Below, piece after piece: positions 42,395-51,502 of a stretch of DNA of 62,050 nucleotides. Position 1 is the first letter of the stretch. Each line of letters starts with the position of its first letter. The notes below the pieces were generated by a model. That model was given only the letters and a program-made list of their open reading frames with translations. It ran no database searches and had not been told where the DNA came from. Both the position numbers and the translations under genes were made by a program. Source of the DNA: Patescibacteria group bacterium (GTDB lineage Bacteria > Patescibacteriota > Microgenomatia > Levybacterales > UBA12049); NCBI GenBank assembly GCA_038063195.1, contig JBBTVO010000011.1:1-62050 (forward strand). The letters are read 5' to 3'.

Positions 42395-43501
42395 TCAACC
42401 TTGAATCCTTATCGGCATTATTATGTGGAGATAGTTGGGCTCGCCTTCTATTTTAAAAACTCCTGAATTAAGAGGGCCGGACATTTCAAAGATTATTTTT
42501 TCTCCATCCGTATTTGAAAGAAACTCTAGAACATATCTTACGTTAAATGCAATTTCGTTTTCTTCCCCCTCCATAGTGGCATCGACATCAATAGTTGTCT
42601 CACCTACTGACGGCGCGGATGCTGAAACAACAATCTTATTTTTCCCAATAGATAATTTAATAATATTGGCAGTTTCTCTCGCAAAAACAGCACAGGTCTT
42701 AACAGCCGAAAGAAAGTCTTTCCTGTCTATCACAGCTTTTGTCGAATAATCCTGAGGAATAATCTTTTGATAGTTGGGAAATTCTGCTTCAATAAGTCTT
42801 CCCACCATAATAACATCCTCCTGCTCAAAAATAATCTGATTACTTTTGGGAGAGACGCGGACAGATACATCTCCGCCGTCTTTAAGCATTGCAAGTTCCC
42901 TTAATATTCTTGAAGGCACCAGGATTTTATCCTCGTCCCCGTCTCCTACGCCACCCTTTTTAAAGGATAATCTGTATCCGTCGGTTGCCACCATATAGAA
43001 ATCTCCCTTCCTGCTTTTTCCCCTGCCAAACAAGACACCTGAAAGAGCAGGTCTTCCAGTGTCCTGCGATGCTGAAAAAACAACTTCAGGGATTTCTTTT
43101 TCCAAAACTTCTTTGGTAAAAATCCCAATCTCTTCACCTTTTTCTTCGTAGATCTTAGGAAACTCGTCTGCCTTTATTGTCTGGAAAATTGTTCTTATCT
43201 TGTCTCCTTCAAAAATAAGATTGTTTTCTTCTGTTTTTAAAACTATCTTACCTTTATCAACGCTTGATAAAAGGTCATAGAATGTCTTAGCCGGTACTGT
43301 TACTGACCCCTCCTCTTCGATACTTGCGGGTACTTCTGCTTCTATTCCTATTTCAAGATCTGTAGCGCTTATTGTGAATTTACCTTTTTCTGCTTTGAAG
43401 AGAAAATTTAAAAGAATTGGAAGTTGAGATCTGCTTGAGACTGCATGGTTTACAATTGAAATTTTCTTATTAACATTTTCGCAGAGGAACGAGACCTTCA
43501 T
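42395..43501 (-). CDS. dnaN: DNA polymerase III beta sliding clamp
   Basis: 368 aa. Three-domain clamp pattern, N-terminus MKVSFLCENVNKKISIVNHAVSSRSQLPIL, directly downstream of dnaA. Confidence 0.9.
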   Translation of the reverse strand: MKVSFLCENVNKKISIVNHAVSSRSQLPILLNFLFKAEKGKFTISATDLEIGIEAEVPASIEEEGSVTVPAKTFYDLLSSVDKGKIVLKTEENNLIFEGDKIRTIFQTIKADEFPKIYEEKGEEIGIFTKEVLEKEIPEVVFSASQDTGRPALSGVLFGRGKSRKGDFYMVATDGYRLSFKKGGVGDGDEDKILVPSRILRELAMLKDGGDVSVRVSPKSNQIIFEQEDVIMVGRLIEAEFPNYQKIIPQDYSTKAVIDRKDFLSAVKTCAVFARETANIIKLSIGKNKIVVSASAPSVGETTIDVDATMEGEENEIAFNVRYVLEFLSNTDGEKIIFEMSGPLNSGVFKIEGEPNYLHIIMPIRIQG

Positions 43502-43635
43502 CTTGAATTACTTTCTATTAATTTGTAGTTGTAGTAGTTTATAGGGAAAAGCGGAAAAAAGCAAGCGTAAAGCCTTGTAGGAAATGTTGAAAACAAGTGT
43601 ATAAAAATAAGGATAAGTTGTGGATATCCCGGAAG

Positions 43636-44976
43636 TTAGGAAACTGTTGTGGATTTCGTAAGTTCTTTAATTTTATTTATTTCTCCTGATAAATTATTCT
43701 CATCAAGCATGCCTTCAATTTTACCAACACCATGCATTATCGTGGAGTGGTCCCTTCCGCCCAAAAGATTCCCAATTTCCATAAATGAAAGGCCAAGCTC
43801 ATTTCTTAAGATATACATTGCAATCTGCCTTGCTTTTACCAAAGACGCATCTCTTTTCCCGCTTTTTATCTGGGTTGGTTTAAGACCATAATAATTACAA
43901 AGAGTTTTGATAATCTCATCAGGATGAAAACGGCTCGCCTGCTTTGATGCTTCACTTCCCATAAGCCGATCAACGATGCTATCCATTGAAGATGTGCTTT
44001 TTTCCATCTCCGTCATGAGTCGTAATAAATTTCCCTCAAGGCTTCTTGTGTCAAAAATTTCCTCAGCTATTTTTTTTGCGATATCGATATTTAGCTCGAA
44101 ATTATATTTCTTGGCTTTTATAAGAAGTATTGCGGTCCTAAGTTCAAAATCAGGCGGTTCGATATCCACAGTAAGCCCTCCTGAAAAACGGGAAGACAAT
44201 CTTTTTTCGAGTTTGGAAATTTCTGTAGGAGGCCGGTCTGAAGAAAACACAATCTGCGATCCTCTGTCAATAAGAGTGTTAAATGTATGGAAAAGTTCCT
44301 CCTGAACTCTGTCTTTTCCTGCAATAAACTGAATATCATCTATTACGAGAAGATCCGCGCTTCTGAATTTTCTTTTCATCCGCGCGGTATCTCCTGATCT
44401 AATTGCCTCAACGACTTCATTTGTGAAATCTTCACTTGTCATGTAGACAGTTTTTTTATCGGGAGAATCATGATAAACCTGATTTGCTATAGCCTGCATG
44501 ATGTGAGTCTTCCCGACTCCTACGGGACCATATATAAAAAGCGGGTTATATGCATTTCCGATTTTCTTGGCAACAGTTTGAGCGCTTACGTATGCAAGCT
44601 GATTGCCTCCTGATACTGCAAAAGTTTCAAATGTATAATCTTTCCTGGCTCTCGGAAGATGTCCTATTGATGGCTTCTGGTAGCTTTCTTTAAAAAGAGG
44701 AGTGTTTTCGTGATTGGTGGTCTCAGGCGTTTTGGGAATGAAAATTATTTTTGCATTTTTCTTTGTTTGTTTATCTACCGCCTGTTTAATAACTTCATAA
44801 AACCTTTTTTCTAAAAGGTCTAGTATCATCGCAGAAGGAGCAGCAATGGTAACCACGTCGTTCTCAATTGAGAGCAGTTGAGTTTTTTTAAAGAGTGTTA
44901 AGAAATTTGCCTTTGAAATTTGAGTTTCAATCTCGTTTAATATTATTTTCCAAAGCTCACTTTCATTTTGTTTCAT
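43636..44976 (-). CDS. dnaA: chromosomal replication initiator DnaA
   Basis: 446 aa. Walker A [9 protein letters not shown], Walker B [9 protein letters not shown], C-terminal domain IV [35 protein letters not shown]. Confidence 0.95.
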   Translation of the reverse strand: [446 protein letters not shown]

Positions 44977-45102
44977 AAAATTTGGGGTAAAAACAAGTTT
45001 AGTGAGTAGGCCTACTTCTTGTCAAGAATATTAAATAGATTAAACTGTATCCTTTTTCCACTATTAAAAATTTCACTTCTTTGCTATAATTTGGAAAGCA
45101 AA

Positions 45103-45237
45103 ATGGAAAAAACAATAAAACTTAAAAAAGTTAAGCGCAAAAGAAAACATGGATTTCTAAAAAGATCCGAAAGTCATTCGGGGAGAAAAGTCATTAAAAG
45201 AAGAAAGCAAAAAGGAAGAAAAAGAATTGCAGTCTAA
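45103..45237 (+). CDS. rpmH: 50S ribosomal protein L34
   Basis: 44 aa, MEKTIKLKKVKRKRKHGFLKRSESHSGRKVIKRRKQKGRKRIAV. Divergent from dnaA. Confidence 0.9.
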   Translation: MEKTIKLKKVKRKRKHGFLKRSESHSGRKVIKRRKQKGRKRIAV

Positions 45238-45238
45238 A

Positions 45239-45565
45239 ATGCTTCATAAAAAGCATAGACTTCCCAGTAATATTAACTTTGGCAGTAGCAAGATATTTTT
45301 CTCTAATGCTTTTTCTATTAAGATAGCACAAGGCCAAAGCGAGTTTTCGAGATTTGGAGTAGTGGTAGGTAAGAAAATTGACAAGAGGGCGGTTGGGCGG
45401 AATAAAATAAAAAGACTAATAAGAAGTAGCATTGAAAAATTAATTCCCAAGATGCAAAAGCCAAGCGAAGTTTTAATAATAGCAAGAGCGGGAATAAGAG
45501 AAATGAATAATAGTGAAGTTGCAAGCTTACTTACGGAGTCTTTTAAAAAAATTAAATTAATTTAA
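45239..45565 (+). CDS. rnpA: ribonuclease P protein component
   Basis: About 108 aa, basic. RFGVVVGKKIDKRAVGRNKIKRLIR motif. The ATG at 45239 is 1 nt after the rpmH stop (the track TTG start is at 45227). Confidence 0.85.
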   Translation: MLHKKHRLPSNINFGSSKIFFSNAFSIKIAQGQSEFSRFGVVVGKKIDKRAVGRNKIKRLIRSSIEKLIPKMQKPSEVLIIARAGIREMNNSEVASLLTESFKKIKLI

Positions 45566-45792
45566 TGAAGTATTTACTACTCGGTTTTATCATTTTTTAT
45601 CAAAAATTCCTCTCAATAGTCTTAAAAAATTTACTTGGGATTAGCGGTTCGTGCCGATTCTCCCCAACTTGTTCTGAATACGCAAAGCAATCGATTCTTG
45701 AAAAGGGAGCGATTACCGGAAGCCTTTTAACAATTCAAAGACTTGCCAAATGCCAGCCCTTTTATAAAGTAGCTTATGATAGAAATATTTAA
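45565..45792 (+). CDS. yidD: membrane protein insertion efficiency factor YidD
   Basis: 75 aa. FYQKFLS...CRFSPTCSEYA signature. Confidence 0.85.
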   Translation: MKYLLLGFIIFYQKFLSIVLKNLLGISGSCRFSPTCSEYAKQSILEKGAITGSLLTIQRLAKCQPFYKVAYDRNI

Positions 45793-46609
45793 TTTCATTT
45801 TAGTCAATCCAATTATTAATATACTTGTTGCAATATACAAGCTGCTTTTAGTTTTGCATATTCCGTTTCCTCTGGGGTTTTCAATAATCGGACTTACTGT
45901 CGTAATAAGACTTATTCTTTATCCCCTCACCCATTCTCAGCTTAAAGCTTCTAAAAAAATGCAGGAGTTGTCACCTCATATATCAAGGCTTAAGGACAAG
46001 CATAAAAATGATGCCAAAACTCTTCAGGCAGAGACCATGAAGCTTTACAAAGAATTCGGAGTAAATCCTGCAGCCGGATGCCTTCCTCTTATAATCCAAA
46101 TTCCCGTAATCTGGGGACTCTACTCAGTGCTAGATAAGGTTGTTAAGCTTAACTCAGTAGATCTTTTGAAATACGTAAATGGCGTAGTACTCCCTCCTCT
46201 TAAACTGACTAGTGCATGGGATACTTATTTTTTTGGGATTCCCCTTGGAGATAATCCGGCCAAACTTTTTTCTATAATGCCATTTATAATTCTGGTTCCG
46301 GTTTTAACCGCAGTCTTTCAGTTCATGCAGTCAAAAATGATGATGGCATCAAAGGATAAGACGGCCAAGCAAACGGATAAGAAAGTTTTGCCTGCGGGTA
46401 AAGAAGTAAAAAAGAAAGATGATTTTGCTTCAGTTTTTCAATCGCAGTCGCTATATATATTTCCTCTTATGATAGGATTTTTCTCTTACACTTTCCCCAT
46501 AGGACTTTCCCTGTACTGGAATACATTTTCTGTTTTTGGTATCATACAGCAATATCAAATTTCAGGCTGGGGAGCACTTTCTGACTTATGGAAAAGAAGA
46601 AAAAAATAA
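45776..46609 (+). CDS. yidC: membrane protein insertase YidC (short form)
   Basis: 277 aa. MQELSPHISRLKDKHKND...LYKEFGVNPAAGCLPLIIQIPV signature. Conserved rnpA-yidD-yidC order. Confidence 0.9.
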   Translation: MIEIFNFILVNPIINILVAIYKLLLVLHIPFPLGFSIIGLTVVIRLILYPLTHSQLKASKKMQELSPHISRLKDKHKNDAKTLQAETMKLYKEFGVNPAAGCLPLIIQIPVIWGLYSVLDKVVKLNSVDLLKYVNGVVLPPLKLTSAWDTYFFGIPLGDNPAKLFSIMPFIILVPVLTAVFQFMQSKMMMASKDKTAKQTDKKVLPAGKEVKKKDDFASVFQSQSLYIFPLMIGFFSYTFPIGLSLYWNTFSVFGIIQQYQISGWGALSDLWKRRKK

Positions 46610-47040
46610 TTCAAAAAACTACAAAAGAGCTTTTCAAACTGCTTGAGATAGAAGGAGATATTACAGTCGGGCTTGACGATGAGATGGCAAGCATAGTATT
46701 GTCAACTGAAGACAGCGGAATTGTAATTGGGCGCCACGGCGACATGCTTGAGTCTCTCCAAACTATCCTGGCACTTTGTGTTTCAAAAAAACTGGATAAA
46801 TTCTACAGGATTTCACTAGAGGTGGGAGATTATAAAAAAAACAGAGAAGAGTGGCTAAGAAGTATGGTTATTGACACAAAGGATAGAGTCCTTTCGGAAA
46901 ATAGAGAAATAACCATCCCCTCTCTTAAAGCCTGGGAGAGAAGGATTGTTCATCTAAGTCTTTCTGATGATAAAGAAGTTGTATCAGAATCAATTGGTGA
47001 AGGCAAAGACAGGGTTCTTCTCATCCGTCCCAAAAATTAA
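46588..47040 (+). CDS. jag: Jag/KhpB-type RNA-binding protein (KH + R3H)
   Basis: 150 aa. GIVIGRHGDMLESLQ (KH-like) and ERRIVHLSL (R3H). Conserved position after yidC. Confidence 0.8.
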   Translation: MEKKKKIIQKTTKELFKLLEIEGDITVGLDDEMASIVLSTEDSGIVIGRHGDMLESLQTILALCVSKKLDKFYRISLEVGDYKKNREEWLRSMVIDTKDRVLSENREITIPSLKAWERRIVHLSLSDDKEVVSESIGEGKDRVLLIRPKN

Positions 47041-48289
47041 GCTGGAAGATTTTATTTTTCTTCTAATCCTTTTTTTATTACCCACGCAATTTGGCAGGCA
47101 TTTTTGGCCGGACTTTTCATACATATCCGGAGTAAGAATCGATTATCTATCCCCCACTATTTATATTACTGATATTTTAATTTTACTGCTTTTTATTTCA
47201 GTGTTCATAAAAAGTTTTAAAAACAGCATCTTAAAAGTTATTAAAAAAAATCGAACGCTTGTAAATCATTTAATCCTAATTACGCTATTCATAATTCTTA
47301 ACATTTTGTTTTCAAAGAATATTTTACCCTCGCTTTATGGGGCAATTAAATTATCGGAATGTATTTTTTTCGCATTGTACACATTTTTTAAAATAAGGAA
47401 AATTAAGCAGGATTTGATTCTTTTTGTTTTCTCCAGCGGAGTTATCTTTCAATCATTGCTTTCAATTGCGCAATATATAAAACAAGGGTCACTGGGAGGA
47501 ATGTTTTATTTTCTTGGAGAGAGAACATTTAATGGGCAAACACCTGGTATCGCAAATGTTTCTCTAAATGGGGAATTAATACTCCGCTCTTATGGTACAT
47601 TTTCTCATCCGAATGTCCTTGCAGGATTTCTTCTTCTGATAATGACTTTTATTTTATTCAATTCAGATTTTAAAAAAATAATGTCGTCTTTATATATTTG
47701 CGCAATTATTCTTGGAACCGTAGCTCTTCTTTTTACCTTTTCGAGAATTGCAATTCTTCTTTGGCTGTTTAGTATTCTATTTTTTGTTTTTTCAAAAGTT
47801 AGAACAAGCCCTAAATACAAAGCTTCATTAGTGGCTTTACTAACGCTTTCGGTTATTACTTCTTTCTTTTTATATTCTCCCTTCTATTTAAGGTTTATAC
47901 AAACCTCTTTCTTTGAAGATGCACTCATCTTGCGGGAAAAATTAATCTTCGCAGGATTTGAACAGTTTCTTAAAAATCCAATCCTGGGAGTAGGATTGAA
48001 TAATTATTTCTCAGCTATTGTTGCGTCCGGGAACGTTTTTATTCTTCAGCCGGTACACAATATTTTCTTGCTTACCTTAATACAGACAGGAGTTGTAGGA
48101 TTTTGTTATTTCATGTGGATCTTCTATAAAGCCTTAGCGGCTGTCGTAAAAACAAAGTATATCTATCTTAAATTAATATTTTTCTATATTATATTAATTG
48201 GGCTTTTTGACCATTATTTTATTACACTTCAGCAGGGACAGCTTTTATTTTCATATTTTATGGGAGTTATACTAAGTAAACATGATTAA
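46967..48289 (+). CDS. O-antigen ligase (Wzy_C)-like polytopic membrane protein
   Basis: 440 aa, at least 10 TM helices, FTFSRIAILLW loop typical of Wzy_C. The first ATG overlaps jag by 74 nt, so the start is uncertain. Confidence 0.6.
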   Translation: MIKKLYQNQLVKAKTGFFSSVPKIKLEDFIFLLILFLLPTQFGRHFWPDFSYISGVRIDYLSPTIYITDILILLLFISVFIKSFKNSILKVIKKNRTLVNHLILITLFIILNILFSKNILPSLYGAIKLSECIFFALYTFFKIRKIKQDLILFVFSSGVIFQSLLSIAQYIKQGSLGGMFYFLGERTFNGQTPGIANVSLNGELILRSYGTFSHPNVLAGFLLLIMTFILFNSDFKKIMSSLYICAIILGTVALLFTFSRIAILLWLFSILFFVFSKVRTSPKYKASLVALLTLSVITSFFLYSPFYLRFIQTSFFEDALILREKLIFAGFEQFLKNPILGVGLNNYFSAIVASGNVFILQPVHNIFLLTLIQTGVVGFCYFMWIFYKALAAVVKTKYIYLKLIFFYIILIGLFDHYFITLQQGQLLFSYFMGVILSKHD

Positions 48290-48707
48290 GACTTTAAATA
48301 TCTTTACCGACGGAGGAGCAAGGGGAAATCCCGGCCCTTCCGCAATTGGTGTGTATATTGAAGATGAAGAGGGAAAAGAGATTGCACGGATTGGCAAGAC
48401 AATTGGAATAGCTACAAATAATACGGCAGAGTACAAGGCGGTAATTGAGGCACTTTCGTGGACTGTAGAAAATAAAGAAAAATTGTCAAAAGAGACTATT
48501 ATCAATTTCCATCTTGATTCTCTCTTGGTCTGCTCGCAAATAAAGGGATTATATAAAATTAAAAACGCAGATCTCAGAACTTATTTATTTAGAATTCGTG
48601 AACTTGAAGCCGAGATTGAAAGTCCGCTATTTTATACACACATTCCGCGTGAGAAAAATAAAAAAGCAGATGACCTCGTGAATAAGGCGCTAGACACAGG
48701 TCTATAA
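48282..48707 (+). CDS. rnhA: ribonuclease HI family protein
   Basis: 141 aa. IFTDGGARGNPGPSAIGV, NNTAEYKAVIEAL and NKKADDLVN motifs carrying the DEDD catalytic residues. Confidence 0.85.
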   Translation: MIKTLNIFTDGGARGNPGPSAIGVYIEDEEGKEIARIGKTIGIATNNTAEYKAVIEALSWTVENKEKLSKETIINFHLDSLLVCSQIKGLYKIKNADLRTYLFRIRELEAEIESPLFYTHIPREKNKKADDLVNKALDTGL

Positions 48708-48726
48708 ATTGCCTTAAAATAGGCTA

Positions 48727-51396
48727 ATGAAGAGGCCTGCCCTTTTTGCTTCAGAAGAGAAAACGAATCCCGTACTTGTTGTTGATAAAAATGGGATTTT
48801 GGGAGTAGAAATTGCTAAGGAATTATCCAAAGAGCTATTGATAATTCTTGTAACTTCACAAAATCCAAAAGACCTAAATGACAGCAATATTATTACAGTT
48901 CCTTACAGAAAAAAGTTTCCCGTAATTCCGGATAATGTTTATTCCCATATCATACTTTTTGACGAAGATGATAAGGGGATTGAAGAAAGTATCTCCTCAT
49001 TTATAAAAAAAGCAGAAAAAGATAATTCGGTTCTGACTTATTCTTCAGGAGTTTCTGAAAAATCTCAAAAGTTTTCGGAAAAACTTACGGGGTCTTTTAA
49101 AAAGGCAAAAGCAGTTTTGTACGGAGATATTTTTGGAGAGGGCTCTGCTATGCGTTTTCAAAATCCTGTCAATTTTGTAATAAGCCAAATTGCAAAAGAC
49201 AGGAAAATAAGGATTCCGGGAGAAGGGCTTACTCAAACTTATCCTGTTTATCTTCCGGATGTTGTAAGAGAAATTATATCAGCGGTTTTTGGAGCAAGTA
49301 AGGAAAAAGTATTTTTTGTTTTTTCAAAGCATCCAAAAAGCATTATGTCTCTTTCCCATATTTTCCAAAAAAAAGACCCGACGATTACTGTAGATTTTAT
49401 AAAAGGAAAAAAAGAGACTGGTGATAGGAATATTATTGTCCCAGGTGAGTATATACTTCCGGAGGATTACGATTTTGAAAAAAAATTAAAGGATCTTGAT
49501 CTTACTTCCGATGAGACAGAGAGAGAAACGGTCTTTCAGAAAGAGAATAGTCCTAAGTCTTTTAAATTTAATTTTGTTCCATATTTATTATTTTTTGTAT
49601 TTTTATTACTGCTCCCAGTTTTATCAACTTCGCTATTCGCTGGTCTTGGATTTCTTCAGCTTAATAATGCCAGGAATGAGGTTGGTAGCGGTAATCTAAA
49701 AAACTTAGAAGGGACTCTTGGAAATACTCAAGCTCTTTTTGAGATGGCCACGAATACAAGCAGGGCCCTTGAATATGAAGCAAAAGCGGTTGGTCTTTGG
49801 GGAAAAGCATCAGAGCTTTCTTATAAAATTGAAACCGCAAGAAAAATAGCTCATGCTCTTAGTGAAGTTTCTCAAGCCTCTTCAAAATTGCAGAATGTTT
49901 TCGGCGGTAATTCCAAGAATCCCCCTGATGACACGCTTGCTTTTCTAAGTTCATTCAAAAATTCAGCCGGCGTTATAAAAGAAGCTCAGCTAAATGGAGT
50001 ATTGGATAAAAGCATTATGGATAAATTAAATGATTATGATGCGATGCTAAATTCTGCATATGGACTTTCTGATAGTTTTTATCCGCTGATTAATCCGGGC
50101 GGAAAGTCAACTTATCTTGTGCTTTTTCAGAACAACATGGAACTGCGGCCGGGAGGGGGATTTATAGGTTCCTACGGAATTCTATCGCTTGATCGCGGGA
50201 AGCTTATGGATTTTTCCATACACGATGTTTATGATGCGGACGGCCAGCTTAAGGTGCATGTTGAGCCGCCATATGCGATAAGAAGATATTTACCGTCTGT
50301 CCATTTGTACTTGCGCGACAGCAATTTTAATGTTGATTTCACAGAATCGGCATCAACAGCTGCTAATTTTCTCTTTCTGGAAACCGGACAAAAAGCTGAC
50401 GGAGTCATTGGAGTTGACGTGAGCTTTGTAAAGGAGCTAATTAGCGCGCTCGGAGAGATAAATGTTCCTGAATACAATGAGAAGATTAATGAACATAATT
50501 TTTTCAAAGTTACGGAATCACATGTTGAGAAAAACTTTTTCCCCTCATCAACCCAGAAGAAGGATTTCCTGGGAGCGCTTTTTACTGCTATTAAGAATAA
50601 TTTGTCTGAAAGAAAAAATATCCCGTATCCTCAAATATTAAAGGCGCTTTTTACTGCAATTGAAGAAAAGCATGTACTTTTTGCTTTTTCTGACAATAAT
50701 ATCCAGAAGAGCTTTTCCGCAAACGGCTGGTCATCAAGGCTGGATGACTATAGAGATAGTTCGCAGATCAACGATTTCCTGGGAATAAATGAAGCAAATT
50801 TAGGAGTTAATAAGGCTAACTTTTTTGTAGGAAGAAGTCTCAGATACGAGCTTAATATAAAAGACGACGGAAGTCTTTCTTCATCGGCAATTCTAAATCT
50901 AAGAAACGATTCCAATGCATGGCCGGGCGGAGATTATAAAACATATGTCCGAATCATAACTCCCCAGGGATCTTCATTAACATCAATAATTATTGATGGG
51001 CAGACTCAGAAAATTACTTCAGCAATCACTGACCCACTTATTTATGAGAAGAAAGGTTTTAAGCCTCCTGCCGGACTCGAAGTGGAAAAATATGAGGAAA
51101 ATGGAAAAACAATTTATGGAATCCTTACTATCGTTCCTCAAGGAAAATCAAAAAAAATAGTTTTTAATTATACTCTTTCCAGAAAGATTTCACTCAAAAG
51201 TCCTTTGTCAATTTACTCACTTAAGCTTTTCAAGCAACCCGGCACCGAAAACTACCCTTTTGATTTTATAGCATCGTACCCGCCGTCCGTTACTGTCTCG
51301 TCTTCCCAAAAATCTGAAATAGTTAATGGAAAAGTTGTAATATCAAAAACTTTAACGGCAGACGAAAGCATAGAGCTTAATATTTCAAGGAAGTAG
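48727..51396 (+). CDS. DUF4012-like large membrane-anchored protein with N-terminal Rossmann-like region
   Basis: 889 aa. Central TM helix. NNMELRPGGGFIGSYG motif, which I associate with DUF4012. Confidence 0.6.
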   Translation: MKRPALFASEEKTNPVLVVDKNGILGVEIAKELSKELLIILVTSQNPKDLNDSNIITVPYRKKFPVIPDNVYSHIILFDEDDKGIEESISSFIKKAEKDNSVLTYSSGVSEKSQKFSEKLTGSFKKAKAVLYGDIFGEGSAMRFQNPVNFVISQIAKDRKIRIPGEGLTQTYPVYLPDVVREIISAVFGASKEKVFFVFSKHPKSIMSLSHIFQKKDPTITVDFIKGKKETGDRNIIVPGEYILPEDYDFEKKLKDLDLTSDETERETVFQKENSPKSFKFNFVPYLLFFVFLLLLPVLSTSLFAGLGFLQLNNARNEVGSGNLKNLEGTLGNTQALFEMATNTSRALEYEAKAVGLWGKASELSYKIETARKIAHALSEVSQASSKLQNVFGGNSKNPPDDTLAFLSSFKNSAGVIKEAQLNGVLDKSIMDKLNDYDAMLNSAYGLSDSFYPLINPGGKSTYLVLFQNNMELRPGGGFIGSYGILSLDRGKLMDFSIHDVYDADGQLKVHVEPPYAIRRYLPSVHLYLRDSNFNVDFTESASTAANFLFLETGQKADGVIGVDVSFVKELISALGEINVPEYNEKINEHNFFKVTESHVEKNFFPSSTQKKDFLGALFTAIKNNLSERKNIPYPQILKALFTAIEEKHVLFAFSDNNIQKSFSANGWSSRLDDYRDSSQINDFLGINEANLGVNKANFFVGRSLRYELNIKDDGSLSSSAILNLRNDSNAWPGGDYKTYVRIITPQGSSLTSIIIDGQTQKITSAITDPLIYEKKGFKPPAGLEVEKYEENGKTIYGILTIVPQGKSKKIVFNYTLSRKISLKSPLSIYSLKLFKQPGTENYPFDFIASYPPSVTVSSSQKSEIVNGKVVISKTLTADESIELNISRK

Positions 51397-51502
51397 CTTG
51401 TTTTTAAAATCTATCTTTAGTAGAATTTGCGGATAGTTTAATGGTTTGTGAATTTTTCGTGTTATCTATGCTCAAGTTGTATAATGATTAATAATAAATA
51501 TT

